Assembly (NCBI GenBank): GCA_021779375.1
Contig: JAJYAT010000004.1
Span: forward strand, 34,884-98,883
DNA from: a bacterium
GTDB lineage: Bacteria; Patescibacteriota; Gracilibacteria; JAHISY01
Direction: 5' to 3'
DNA: 64,000 nucleotides
The position numbers and the translations under genes are program-made. Under the pieces are notes generated by a model. The model was given only the letters and a program-made list of their open reading frames with translations. It was not told the origin of the DNA and ran no database searches. This document shows, one piece after another, positions 10,486 through 19,025 of the stretch. The first letter of the stretch is position 1; every line of letters begins with the position of its first letter.

Positions 10486-10584
10486 TTTGGTTTCCTGTTA
10501 TTTTACCACAAAATTTCTCTTAGAGCAAAGGCTTCCCAGCAACCGAGCTTTCCGCTAAAATCCGCTTCCGTTAACTTCAAACAT

Positions 10585-10791
10585 ATGTCTCGTGGAGGCA
10601 CCAAAGCGCAGGCTTCGCAGTGGATTTGCTCGGTATGTGGCAAACAGGTTGATTCGGCAACGATCATCAACAAAGCCACGACTCCGAAAATCGAAGGTCG
10701 CAATCGTTACTGCAAACACTGCCGCAAGCATACACCGCAAAACACGAAAGCCGAGAAATCTGGTTCGCTCGGTCTCGCGCGCAACAAGTAA
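10585..10791 (+). CDS. rpmG: 50S ribosomal protein L33 (Zn-ribbon type)
   Basis: CSVC...K...RYCKHCRKHT pattern; small basic protein. Confidence 0.85.
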   Translation: MSRGGTKAQASQWICSVCGKQVDSATIINKATTPKIEGRNRYCKHCRKHTPQNTKAEKSGSLGLARNK

Positions 10792-10804
10792 TCCGCCCAG
10801 TTTA

Positions 10805-11254
10805 ATGCCAACCTGGATTCTTTTCGGAATCGGAGCGGCACTGTTGCTCGGTGCTGCGAATATTCCTCAGAAGCTCGCGCTTGGTGGGATTTCAGCGCAC
10901 ATGCTTTCGCCTTTTGCGTACGGCGTGCTTTCGGGCGTGGTGATTATCGTGATTAATCTGGCGCTGTTTCTGTACTACCGCGATGATGCGCAATTCTTCG
11001 CCAAAAAAGAGTGGGGCTTCGCGCTGCTCGCCGCAGTCATGTTTTCGCTCGGCTCAGTCTGCATCGCACTCGGTTATCGTCGCGGTGCGCCGACCTCGAG
11101 CTTCGTCGCACTTTTCAATACCAACACGCTCGTCGCGACTGTGCTTGGGTTAATTCTCCTCAAAGAATTTACCAGTCTGACTGCGCTCGGCATCGTCAAA
11201 ATCATTATCGGTGCGGTGCTTGTGATTGCCGGTGGGATTCTGGTCTCGGTTTGA
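10805..11254 (+). CDS. EamA/DMT family transporter (single repeat)
   Basis: About five TM helices; G...S....L.NTNTLVATVLG...LKE. Confidence 0.8.
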   Translation: MPTWILFGIGAALLLGAANIPQKLALGGISAHMLSPFAYGVLSGVVIIVINLALFLYYRDDAQFFAKKEWGFALLAAVMFSLGSVCIALGYRRGAPTSSFVALFNTNTLVATVLGLILLKEFTSLTALGIVKIIIGAVLVIAGGILVSV

Positions 11255-12460
11255 TTATTTCTCGCGCGTCGAATAGTCGTTGACGAAGACGGAAATCGCC
11301 GTCGCGATTGGTAGGGAAATAATAATTCCAATGACGGGATTGATTGTCTCGGGAAAGCTTGCGCCGACGAGCATCGCGAACATCACGATGACGGGCGAAA
11401 GCCCGATGGCTTTGCGCATCACGAGCGGGACGACAACGTTATTTTCGAGCTGCTGGATACCGATGTAAATCACGACGATGACGAACGCGAAAAGCGGTCC
11501 ACCCTGACTTAGTGCCAAAATAACGGCTGGGACTAGTGCCAAAAGTGGACCAATATAAGGCAGTATTTCTGTGAATCCGGCGAAAGTTGCGAGCGTCGCT
11601 GCGTAGTTCACGCCGGCAATCTTGAGCGCGATGTAGGTAAGTATGCCGATAACAATCATCAAAACGACTTGTCCGCGCACCCAGAGACCCAGCTTGTCTT
11701 TGACGAGCCCGCCTTTTTCTAAAATGTAGTGGTGAAAGCGATGTGGAAAAAGTCGAATCAGAAAACCTTTAATGCCGTTTTCGTCGATGGTTATAAAGAA
11801 GGCAATCACAAAAACGAAAATAAAATTCATCACGCCGCCGGCGACGGATTTCACTACGGCGAAAGCGTTTTGGCTGATGGCGCCTAGAAAACTGAGACCC
11901 GCCGCGATGTTTTCACGGCTGAGGTTTTGTTGGAGATTGTTGAGGTAATTTTGTAAATTCGTGATTTCGGTTTGAATCGCGGTAGTGTCGATGCCAAATT
12001 TGCCGACCCAATCCAGAACCGCTGTCGCGAGTTTTGGAATTTCATTCGTGAGAATCGGGACGAAGGAGGCGATTACTAAGCCGACTACGGCGACGAAAAG
12101 AATGTAAATTAGCAAGATCCCAAGTGCTCGTGGAATTCGCCATTTCTGCATTTTGTCGACAGCTGGATCAAGTGCAAGTGCGAGAAAGGCTGCGACGAAA
12201 AACATGACGAGGATATCTTTGATCGCAAGCAAAAACCAGCCGAGCGCGATGATTCCAAGAATCGCGAGGGTTGCGCGCGCGACAGAGCTCGTCGAAATAC
12301 TGACCTGTACAGGACCGCGATTTTTGTCTGACGTTGTTGTCAGCTTTTTTTCGAGAGCCAGTAGGCGTCGATTTTCCTCGCGAGTGCGAGCGGCCTCCTC
12401 ACGTAGCGACAGCAAAACTTTTTTGGCTTTGCCAATGAGGTGGGAAAAATTATTAATCAT
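11255..12460 (-). CDS. AI-2E (PerM/TqsA) family transporter
   Basis: ALDPAVDKM, W.RGQ, EILPYIGP, IQQLENNVVVP.VM..AIGLSP. Confidence 0.92.
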   Translation of the reverse strand: MINNFSHLIGKAKKVLLSLREEAARTREENRRLLALEKKLTTTSDKNRGPVQVSISTSSVARATLAILGIIALGWFLLAIKDILVMFFVAAFLALALDPAVDKMQKWRIPRALGILLIYILFVAVVGLVIASFVPILTNEIPKLATAVLDWVGKFGIDTTAIQTEITNLQNYLNNLQQNLSRENIAAGLSFLGAISQNAFAVVKSVAGGVMNFIFVFVIAFFITIDENGIKGFLIRLFPHRFHHYILEKGGLVKDKLGLWVRGQVVLMIVIGILTYIALKIAGVNYAATLATFAGFTEILPYIGPLLALVPAVILALSQGGPLFAFVIVVIYIGIQQLENNVVVPLVMRKAIGLSPVIVMFAMLVGASFPETINPVIGIIISLPIATAISVFVNDYSTREK

Positions 12461-12509
12461 CGGCGCAAATTTTAACCTGCGCTCACTCGGTCGGCAAACT
12501 TCGATACGT

Positions 12510-12634
12510 TTGGAACACGTAGCGCACAACATGGAACACATAGCATGGAACATGAAACAGGGAGGTTGGTTGGTAATTTTCAAATTTACGGAATTTACAA
12601 ATTTTCAAATAAATTCCAAATTTCAAAAATCAAA
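12510..12634. repeat. Degenerate 7/8-mer tandem repeats (CATGGAA-type, then AATTTTCAA-type)
   Basis: catggaa/catagca/catgaaa units related to 42021-42166; an aattttcaaataaattccaa block related to 25264-25325. Confidence 0.65.
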
Positions 12635-12708
12635 GAATTAAAACCACATATTTGAGCTAACAGAAAAATGAACGGTTCATTTATAAACTTGAACTTGCGG
12701 GAGATCTT

Positions 12709-12806
12709 GTCATTCCCGGCTTGACCGGGAATCCAGAATTTTGCACGAGCTTTTTTTCTGGATCCCCGTTCCCCGATTTCTCGAGGACAAGTTTCGGGGG
12801 AAGGAC
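12709..12806. repeat. Inverted pair of dRS3-like (ATTCCC-Nn-GGGAAT) palindromes, the second carrying a 22-bp nested insert
   Basis: GTCATTCCCGGCTTGACCGGGAATCCAG ... CTGGATCCCCGTT[CCCCGATTTCTCGAGGACAAGT]TTCGGGGGAAGGAC. Confidence 0.75.
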
Positions 12807-12891
12807 AAAAACACGTCGGAACAACGAAAGCCAAGCTGGGATTAACAATCAAGAACTTAAACTTAAATTGCGAGACTTGAAAATTTGAGAT

Positions 12892-13983
12892 TCAAATAGT
12901 CTTCGGGATTTTGACCCGAGCGCTGGCATCCAAAACTTCGATGAAAGTTTGACCGGGATTGAGGCTGACAGGTCGACCGAAATTGTCGAAAAATTTAGTG
13001 CGTCCGTCGATTTTGCGCCAGACTCCGCGCCAAAATTTTCCCTCCGAAAAATACCACGCCGTATTTTCACCAGCCGTCTTGAGCTGAAGTCGTCCCGCCT
13101 CGTCGATCGGAAAATATTCCGTGAACTGGACAATCACGTTGCTCGGTCGGATTGGATTGCCGCCCGCTTTATGAGTTATTCCGCCAAGTTTGCGATCATA
13201 TTTGCCGTCAGTCGCATTGTAATTATATTCGACCAGATAGCTCGGCAAACTGAAATCGAGCGAAAATTGGCGCACGTCAGTCGCCCCTGCCGGAATTTTT
13301 CCGGAGAAATCGAACTGGCTTTCCAGTGAATCATTTTCGGGCAAATTCGCGCGGATATCCGCCAGGTTTACGAAAAGATTGTGCGGCGCCAAAAATTGAA
13401 AGTCGCGGTAGACCATCTCGCCGTCTTCGTCGAAGTTCGCCAAGTTGCTGGCTGCCAATTTCGTAAGCGCCTCAGCGCTGCCGCCGGCATGCACCAGCGC
13501 GCCGCCGAGCTCCGCTGCCCACTCGACGAAATACGGTCGAGTGGAACGCACCGGTCCGACTTTTTTGGCTTCGCTTGTGTCGAAGATTGCGAGGAAGCGC
13601 GTGATGCCGCCTTCCGCCAGCGCCTCGATCACGATGCCGGCTTCATCCAGACCGCGCATTTGCGGACGGCTGGCAGGCAAGTTTTCAATCATCACTCCGA
13701 CCAGCTTGACTGCTACTTTACCTTTAATCGTTAGACCGGTGAGCGGTGAAACTCCCGACTGTGTTTTCGCCAAAACTTCATTTTCGATTGTGGGTGGCAC
13801 GATCAAATCACTAATCGAGCGGGTGAGTACATTATCTCGGTTCGCGTTTGATGAACCTGAGGCAAGGTATTGGAAAAAAAGTCGACCAAGGATCAGCGCG
13901 ACTAAAAAAATTATTACGCCGACGAGAATGAGCAGCAGCTTCTTCCGCCCGCGCAAATCGCGCAAAAAAGTGAAATCCACCAT
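12892..13983 (-). CDS. DUF3048 (YerB-like) membrane-anchored protein
   Basis: SPLTGL, VMIEN.PASRPQ.GL..A.IV.E..AEGGITRFLA, GPVRS.RPYF, HAGGS, APHNLF. Confidence 0.9.
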   Translation of the reverse strand: MVDFTFLRDLRGRKKLLLILVGVIIFLVALILGRLFFQYLASGSSNANRDNVLTRSISDLIVPPTIENEVLAKTQSGVSPLTGLTIKGKVAVKLVGVMIENLPASRPQMRGLDEAGIVIEALAEGGITRFLAIFDTSEAKKVGPVRSTRPYFVEWAAELGGALVHAGGSAEALTKLAASNLANFDEDGEMVYRDFQFLAPHNLFVNLADIRANLPENDSLESQFDFSGKIPAGATDVRQFSLDFSLPSYLVEYNYNATDGKYDRKLGGITHKAGGNPIRPSNVIVQFTEYFPIDEAGRLQLKTAGENTAWYFSEGKFWRGVWRKIDGRTKFFDNFGRPVSLNPGQTFIEVLDASARVKIPKTI

Positions 13984-13992
13984 CCCAGAAGA

Positions 13993-14700
13993 TTATTTTT
14001 TCTCGCCGCCTTTCTTTTCCGTATCGCTTTCTTTGCTCGCCTGCGCCGCCGCTTTTTCTTTCTCGGCTTCTTTCTTCACGTCTTCGCTGACAGCCTCACC
14101 GACATCCTTGGCGAGCTCGTCCTCGATTTGTTCGGCAGTCTTCGGCGCGATGATTGTCACCAGCATCGCTTCGGCCTCTTCCAGAACCTCGTGTTTTTTA
14201 GGATCAATTTTCAAATCCTTCACACGCACGCTGGCACCGATTTGCTCGAGCGAGGCGATGTCGATGACGATTTCTTTGAGAAGGTCGCGTGGCAAGCACT
14301 TAATCTCGATCTCACTCTTACCGTGGGTGAGAATACCGCCCAAGCTTTTGACCGCCGGGCTTTCGCCAGTGAGGTGAATCGGAACTTTGGTCGTGATTTT
14401 TTTGCCGCGTTCAATCTGCATCAAATCGACATGCAAAAATTCATCCGTAATCGGATCGTAATCGACATTGTGCACCAGAATCTCGCGCGGCTCTTGCTCA
14501 CCTTCGACGGCGAGATTGATAATCGAGCTCGAACCAGCGGAGCGGAAAAGCTTGCGGAAAGTCTGGTAATCCAGCGTGAGGTGGAGATTCTCTTTACCTT
14601 TGCCGTAGTATTCCGCGGGGATTTGGCGCAGCGCGCGCAGTTTGCGCGTTTTTGCCGCGAGATCGCGGGGCAAGGCGGGGAGAGTCAGGATTTCATTCAT
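13993..14700 (-). CDS. rplY: 50S ribosomal protein L25/Ctc
   Basis: LR...IPA.YYG, V.YDPITDEFLHVDL, VPIHLTGESPAVK..GG, CLPRDL. Confidence 0.95.
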   Translation of the reverse strand: MNEILTLPALPRDLAAKTRKLRALRQIPAEYYGKGKENLHLTLDYQTFRKLFRSAGSSSIINLAVEGEQEPREILVHNVDYDPITDEFLHVDLMQIERGKKITTKVPIHLTGESPAVKSLGGILTHGKSEIEIKCLPRDLLKEIVIDIASLEQIGASVRVKDLKIDPKKHEVLEEAEAMLVTIIAPKTAEQIEDELAKDVGEAVSEDVKKEAEKEKAAAQASKESDTEKKGGEKK

Positions 14701-14867
14701 CGGAAAAAATTAGCCGGCAGATTTTAAATAAAAGTTTGGAAGAAAGCAATTAAAATAGAAAAGGTTTATGTGTCGGTGTTCGCCTTTTGAAAAACCAAAT
14801 TTCTTTTTACGTTTTGGTAAAGAGCAGAGGGGAATTAAAGGGGTGAACGCCCCGAAGCCAAGACTCC

Positions 14868-16352
14868 TTATTTTCTTTCTAATTGCCACTTGTAAACTCT
14901 TTTAAGCTCATAAATAGCTATTTCTTCATTTTCTTCACATTCTTTTCCTAATTGTAATCGGATGTTATTCTTTGTTTTCCATGGCTCTGTAGAATTTTTC
15001 AAGTGATCTTTTACTTTTGATTTATAAATATGCGTTATTTGAACATAATTTTCGTCCGTTTCTTGGTCACCAATTAATATAACATCCTTGGGCTTCAAAA
15101 AGGAGTATTTATCGCTAATTTCGTAAAGTGTATCAAATTGATATTCTTTAAATTTTTTTTTACTTTCATCATTCAAAATTATTTTTTTATCTGTGTAGAT
15201 TTTAGAAAATTTATCTTTTTTGAATGTTTTTGGAAAAATATTAACTCTCTTATACTCATCTGTTAAATCTAACTCTTTACCATTTATTTTAAGTATGTTT
15301 CTGCAACCTGCAAAAGGTCCCATATTTCCTAGAAAATCCACATAGATATGAGGGAAGTTGTAATAAACATCCCCTTTATCGTCGACTAATGCGATATCGG
15401 AATATTTTATCAGGCAATCTATTATGAAATTTCCTTTGTTATTTCTTGGTAAAAAATCCCAAAAATCAGCAACCAGTTCTCTTTTTTCAGAAGATTTTTT
15501 GCTTTCATTCTCATCGCGTTTTCGTTGAAGACAAACCATATCTACTTCTTTTGTAAAATCCCATTCTTTTTTTTCGGTATCTACATATGCAAAATACTCG
15601 TGGTTATGACACCACAAGCCACGTGGATGATGACTGAATGCAATATATTCTTTCCATCGAGGTTTATTATTAAAATCTTTGTATTCGCTTTTGTATGGAT
15701 AATTTACATCTTTTAAATCCCTTACTAAAACTGACTGATGAAATTGATGACCTTCCCCAACGGTTCTGAATAATTTATTTTTTATGCTTACTGCTGATCT
15801 TATTTCTGTTGTTTTGGATTTTCTTTTACTCACCAGTGAAATACCAAAAAATGTGAAAAGTATCCTGTCGTTTTTTGGTAAATGTAGCATGTCTTCCAGC
15901 TCTGCCTTTCCCCATAGATAAAATTCCATCACTCCTTTTTCTCTAAGTTCTTTGCGAAATATATCATATGATTCTTTAGAAAAATTAGCAGACGCGGCTA
16001 AAATATACCCATATGGCGGATTTTTTGAATCGACATCAGAGAGAATAGATTTTATTTTTTTGGGACCTATTTCTTTTTCTCTTTTTCCTTGGATCATCCA
16101 TAAGTTTCCCTCCATAGGATGAATTTGATTCTCCTCAATATTATTTTCATCTTCGGATGTCGTAATTATTTCAGCTTTTTCATATGCACGAATATCAAAT
16201 CCACTATCGCTTCCGCTTCTTCCGGTAGCTTCAATATTTTGCCAATCTTTAAAATCATATATCAACTCTCGGATTAAATCCTCAAAGCGGTGTGGATCTA
16301 AATCCTCAAAATGTATTGGATTATATGTTCTTGTGATTTTTGGCTTAGACAT
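14868..16352 (-). CDS. Mrr-like PD-(D/E)XK restriction endonuclease domain protein with an uncharacterised C-terminal region
   Basis: FEDLDPHRFEDLI..., TGRSGSDSGFDI, IQGKR; strongly AT-rich relative to its neighbours. Confidence 0.75.
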   Translation of the reverse strand: MSKPKITRTYNPIHFEDLDPHRFEDLIRELIYDFKDWQNIEATGRSGSDSGFDIRAYEKAEIITTSEDENNIEENQIHPMEGNLWMIQGKREKEIGPKKIKSILSDVDSKNPPYGYILAASANFSKESYDIFRKELREKGVMEFYLWGKAELEDMLHLPKNDRILFTFFGISLVSKRKSKTTEIRSAVSIKNKLFRTVGEGHQFHQSVLVRDLKDVNYPYKSEYKDFNNKPRWKEYIAFSHHPRGLWCHNHEYFAYVDTEKKEWDFTKEVDMVCLQRKRDENESKKSSEKRELVADFWDFLPRNNKGNFIIDCLIKYSDIALVDDKGDVYYNFPHIYVDFLGNMGPFAGCRNILKINGKELDLTDEYKRVNIFPKTFKKDKFSKIYTDKKIILNDESKKKFKEYQFDTLYEISDKYSFLKPKDVILIGDQETDENYVQITHIYKSKVKDHLKNSTEPWKTKNNIRLQLGKECEENEEIAIYELKRVYKWQLERK

Positions 16353-16489
16353 GCAATTTTCAATAAAATCCAGATAATGAATCATTTTCATGAGCGAAGC
16401 GGAGAAAACACCATTACTCTCACGCTAAAAAATTAAAAATAAAATTTGTTAATTTAGATAGCTTTTATGCGAACTTATCATCTAAATAG

Positions 16490-16517
16490 TACGCCGAAAC
16501 TGTGCATTATGCGAAAC
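16490..16517 (+). other. dif-like (Xer recombination) site candidate
   Basis: TACGCCGAAAC-TGTGCA-TTATGCGAAAC; the right arm matches 8/11 and the spacer 4/6 of E. coli dif; a second TTATGCGAACT lies at 16465-16475. Confidence 0.4.
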
Positions 16518-16544
16518 ACCACCCTGATTTAGAACCACTGCAAT

Positions 16545-18608
16545 TTACATGTGAATCAATCCACTCCAATTTGCCAAGACTGCAGCGAGGATCAGAGCAA
16601 TCGTGTTGATGACTTTGATTAAGGCATTGATTGCTGGTCCGGCAGTGTCTTTGTACGGATCGCCGACAGTGTCGCCGACTACCGCGGCTTTGTGTGCGTC
16701 GCTGCCTTTGCCGCCGAATTTGCCGTCTTCAATGTACTTCTTCGCATTGTCCCAGGCGCCGCCGCCATTCGCCATCATGAGCGCGACGAGCAAGCCGGAG
16801 GCGATTACGCCGATTAAAAGTCCCGCCAAAGCGATTGGTCCGAAGAGATAGCCGACGAGAATCGGGGCTGTGACGGCGATGAGCGCCGGCACAATCATTT
16901 GTTTCAGGGCGGCTTTCGTCACGATGTCGACGCAGCGGGCGTAGTCCGGCTTGGCTTTGTCTTCCATGATGCCTTTGATTTCACGGAATTGGCGACGCAC
17001 TTCCTCGACGACCGAGAAACCGGCGCGACCGACAGCTTGCATGCAGTAGGCCGAGAAAATGAAAGGTAAGAGCGCGCCCAAAAGTAAGCCGACCAAAACA
17101 GGCGGATTATTGAGTGAGAAATCGAAATTGCCGCTCGGATTATTCGCGAGCAGCGTGTCGCCGTAAGCCTGGAAAAGCACCAAGGCGCCGAGCGCGGCTG
17201 AGCCGATGGCATAACCTTTCGTCACGGCTTTGGTCGTGTTGCCGACGGCGTCGAGCGCGTCCGTAATTTTGCGCACCTTCTCCGGTTGCTTGCTCATCTC
17301 GGCGATGCCACCGGCGTTGTCCGTGATCGGACCGTAGCTGTCCATCGCGATGACCATTCCAGTCGTCGAGAGCATCGCGACTGCAGCGATCGCAATTCCA
17401 TAGAGTCCGGCGAAGTGGTAAGCGACCACGATGCCGCCGACGATGGTGAGCGTTGGCCAAAAAGTTGATTTGAGACCAATCGCGAGACCTTCGATGATGT
17501 TCGTGCCAGCGCCGGTCGTCGAAGCTTTCGCGATTGAACGCACGGGAGCGTAGCGTGTCGAAGTGTAATACTCTGTGATGGCGACGAGCAGAATCGTGAT
17601 GACATAGCCGACTAAGCCAGCGTAAAAAATATTCGTGTCGCCGGTCAATTGGTCATTGATATAGTAAAAAGCGATTGCCGCCAAAAGCGCCGTCACGAAA
17701 GTACCCTGATACAGAGCGCGCATGATGTTATTTTTCTTGCCGAGTCGGACGAAGAAAGTTCCGAAGAAAGTCGCGACGATGGAAGCGGCTCCGACCGCGA
17801 GTGGCAGGAGGACGTGATTTTCCGTCAACGCATTTTCTCCACCGAGAGAGATTGCTGCCAAAACCATCGCGGCAATCATCGTCACGGCATAGGTCTCGAA
17901 AAGATCCGCACCCATGCCAGCGCAGTCACCGACATTGTCACCGACGTTGTCGGCGATGGTCGCCGGATTGCGCGGGTCGTCTTCTGGAATACCAGCTTCG
18001 ACTTTGCCGACCAAATCCGCTCCGACGTCAGCTGCCTTGGTGAAGATGCCGCCGCCGACGCGGGCGAAGAGCGAGATGAGTGAAGCGCCGAATCCGAAGC
18101 CGACCAGGGCTTCCGTCGCTGGGTAAATCGCCAAGCCGACAACTTTCGTCAGATAGAGATACAGTGTCGCGACTCCGCCCAGGGCCAAGCCGACGACGAA
18201 GAAGCCGGTCACGGATCCGCCCTTGAAAGCGACATCGAGTGCCGCGCTCAAACTTTTTTTGGCGGCTTCAGTCGTGCGGACATTGGCACGCACAGAGACG
18301 CTCATGCCGATGTAGCCAGCCGCGCCGGAGAGAATCGCACCACCCGCGAAACCAATCGCGAGATTCCAGCCCATCCCAGGAGCGAACGCCAAGAGGAGAA
18401 AAATCGCGACGGCGAAAGCTCCGATGACCAAATACTGGCGGTACAAATAGGCGTTCGCGCCCTCTTGGATGAAAGAAGCAATTTCGCGCATGCGGCTGTC
18501 GCCAGCGGGTTTTTTCAGCACGCGGATGATTGTGATGATTGCCCAAGCGATGGCGAAGAGTGCGGCGCCGATGGCGAGTAGGGTGATGTTTGGCAGGGTG
18601 GTGGGCAT
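16545..18608 (-). CDS. hppA: Membrane-bound H+-translocating pyrophosphatase, K+-independent signature
   Basis: [42 protein letters not shown] (Lys at the K+-determinant site), [11 protein letters not shown]. Confidence 0.96.
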   Translation of the reverse strand: MPTTLPNITLLAIGAALFAIAWAIITIIRVLKKPAGDSRMREIASFIQEGANAYLYRQYLVIGAFAVAIFLLLAFAPGMGWNLAIGFAGGAILSGAAGYIGMSVSVRANVRTTEAAKKSLSAALDVAFKGGSVTGFFVVGLALGGVATLYLYLTKVVGLAIYPATEALVGFGFGASLISLFARVGGGIFTKAADVGADLVGKVEAGIPEDDPRNPATIADNVGDNVGDCAGMGADLFETYAVTMIAAMVLAAISLGGENALTENHVLLPLAVGAASIVATFFGTFFVRLGKKNNIMRALYQGTFVTALLAAIAFYYINDQLTGDTNIFYAGLVGYVITILLVAITEYYTSTRYAPVRSIAKASTTGAGTNIIEGLAIGLKSTFWPTLTIVGGIVVAYHFAGLYGIAIAAVAMLSTTGMVIAMDSYGPITDNAGGIAEMSKQPEKVRKITDALDAVGNTTKAVTKGYAIGSAALGALVLFQAYGDTLLANNPSGNFDFSLNNPPVLVGLLLGALLPFIFSAYCMQAVGRAGFSVVEEVRRQFREIKGIMEDKAKPDYARCVDIVTKAALKQMIVPALIAVTAPILVGYLFGPIALAGLLIGVIASGLLVALMMANGGGAWDNAKKYIEDGKFGGKGSDAHKAAVVGDTVGDPYKDTAGPAINALIKVINTIALILAAVLANWSGLIHM

Positions 18609-18683
18609 GGAAATTAAATTAAATTTTTTAAACAAATAAGCCGGTGGATTTTAAATTAGAAAACTTTTTCGAACAACCTCCGG

Positions 18684-18838
18684 TTAAGTCGTTGAGTTAT
18701 TAAGTCATTGAGTCATTGGTTACTTGGTTCGGAGGGTGATTGGTTATTGGGTTCGGGGTCAACAAGTCTTTGAGTTTTTAAGTCGTTGAGTCATTGAGTC
18801 ATTGGTCATTGGTTCGGAAGGTGATTGGTCAGTTGGCT
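18684..18838. repeat. Patchwork 7/8-mer repeats (GTCATTGA/GTCATTGG/TTCGGA) in two related blocks
   Basis: taagtcgttgagt...tcattgagtcattggt...ggttcgga.ggtgattggt occurs twice; a reverse-oriented relative lies at 25329-25410. Confidence 0.75.
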
Positions 18839-18880
18839 AATTGATGATGCTGATTTCGAAATTACAGCCAAGCAGCCGTA

Positions 18881-18939
18881 AATTCCCTCCTTTCGCAAAG
18901 GAGGCCTGCCTGCCGGTAGGCAGGGTTAGGGAGGATTTT
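18881..18939. repeat. CCCTCCTTT-CGC-AAAGGAGGG/GTTAGGGAGG REP-like hairpin interrupted by the 20-bp CCTGCC palindrome (18905-18924)
   Basis: Removing CCTGCCTGCCGGTAGGCAGG extends the hairpin stem by one pair and leaves a continuous element. Confidence 0.8.
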
Positions 18940-19025
18940 AGAAAACTAAAAATTCTTTTTCCTCAAACCAAAAATTAATTTCCAGCTTAGGTTAAGAATT
19001 CTTTCTTTGTAGTTGAGAGCTTGAT

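Noticed and set aside
18684-18838. CRISPR array
   Set aside because: No constant repeat with unique, equal-length spacers, and no cas genes in the window.
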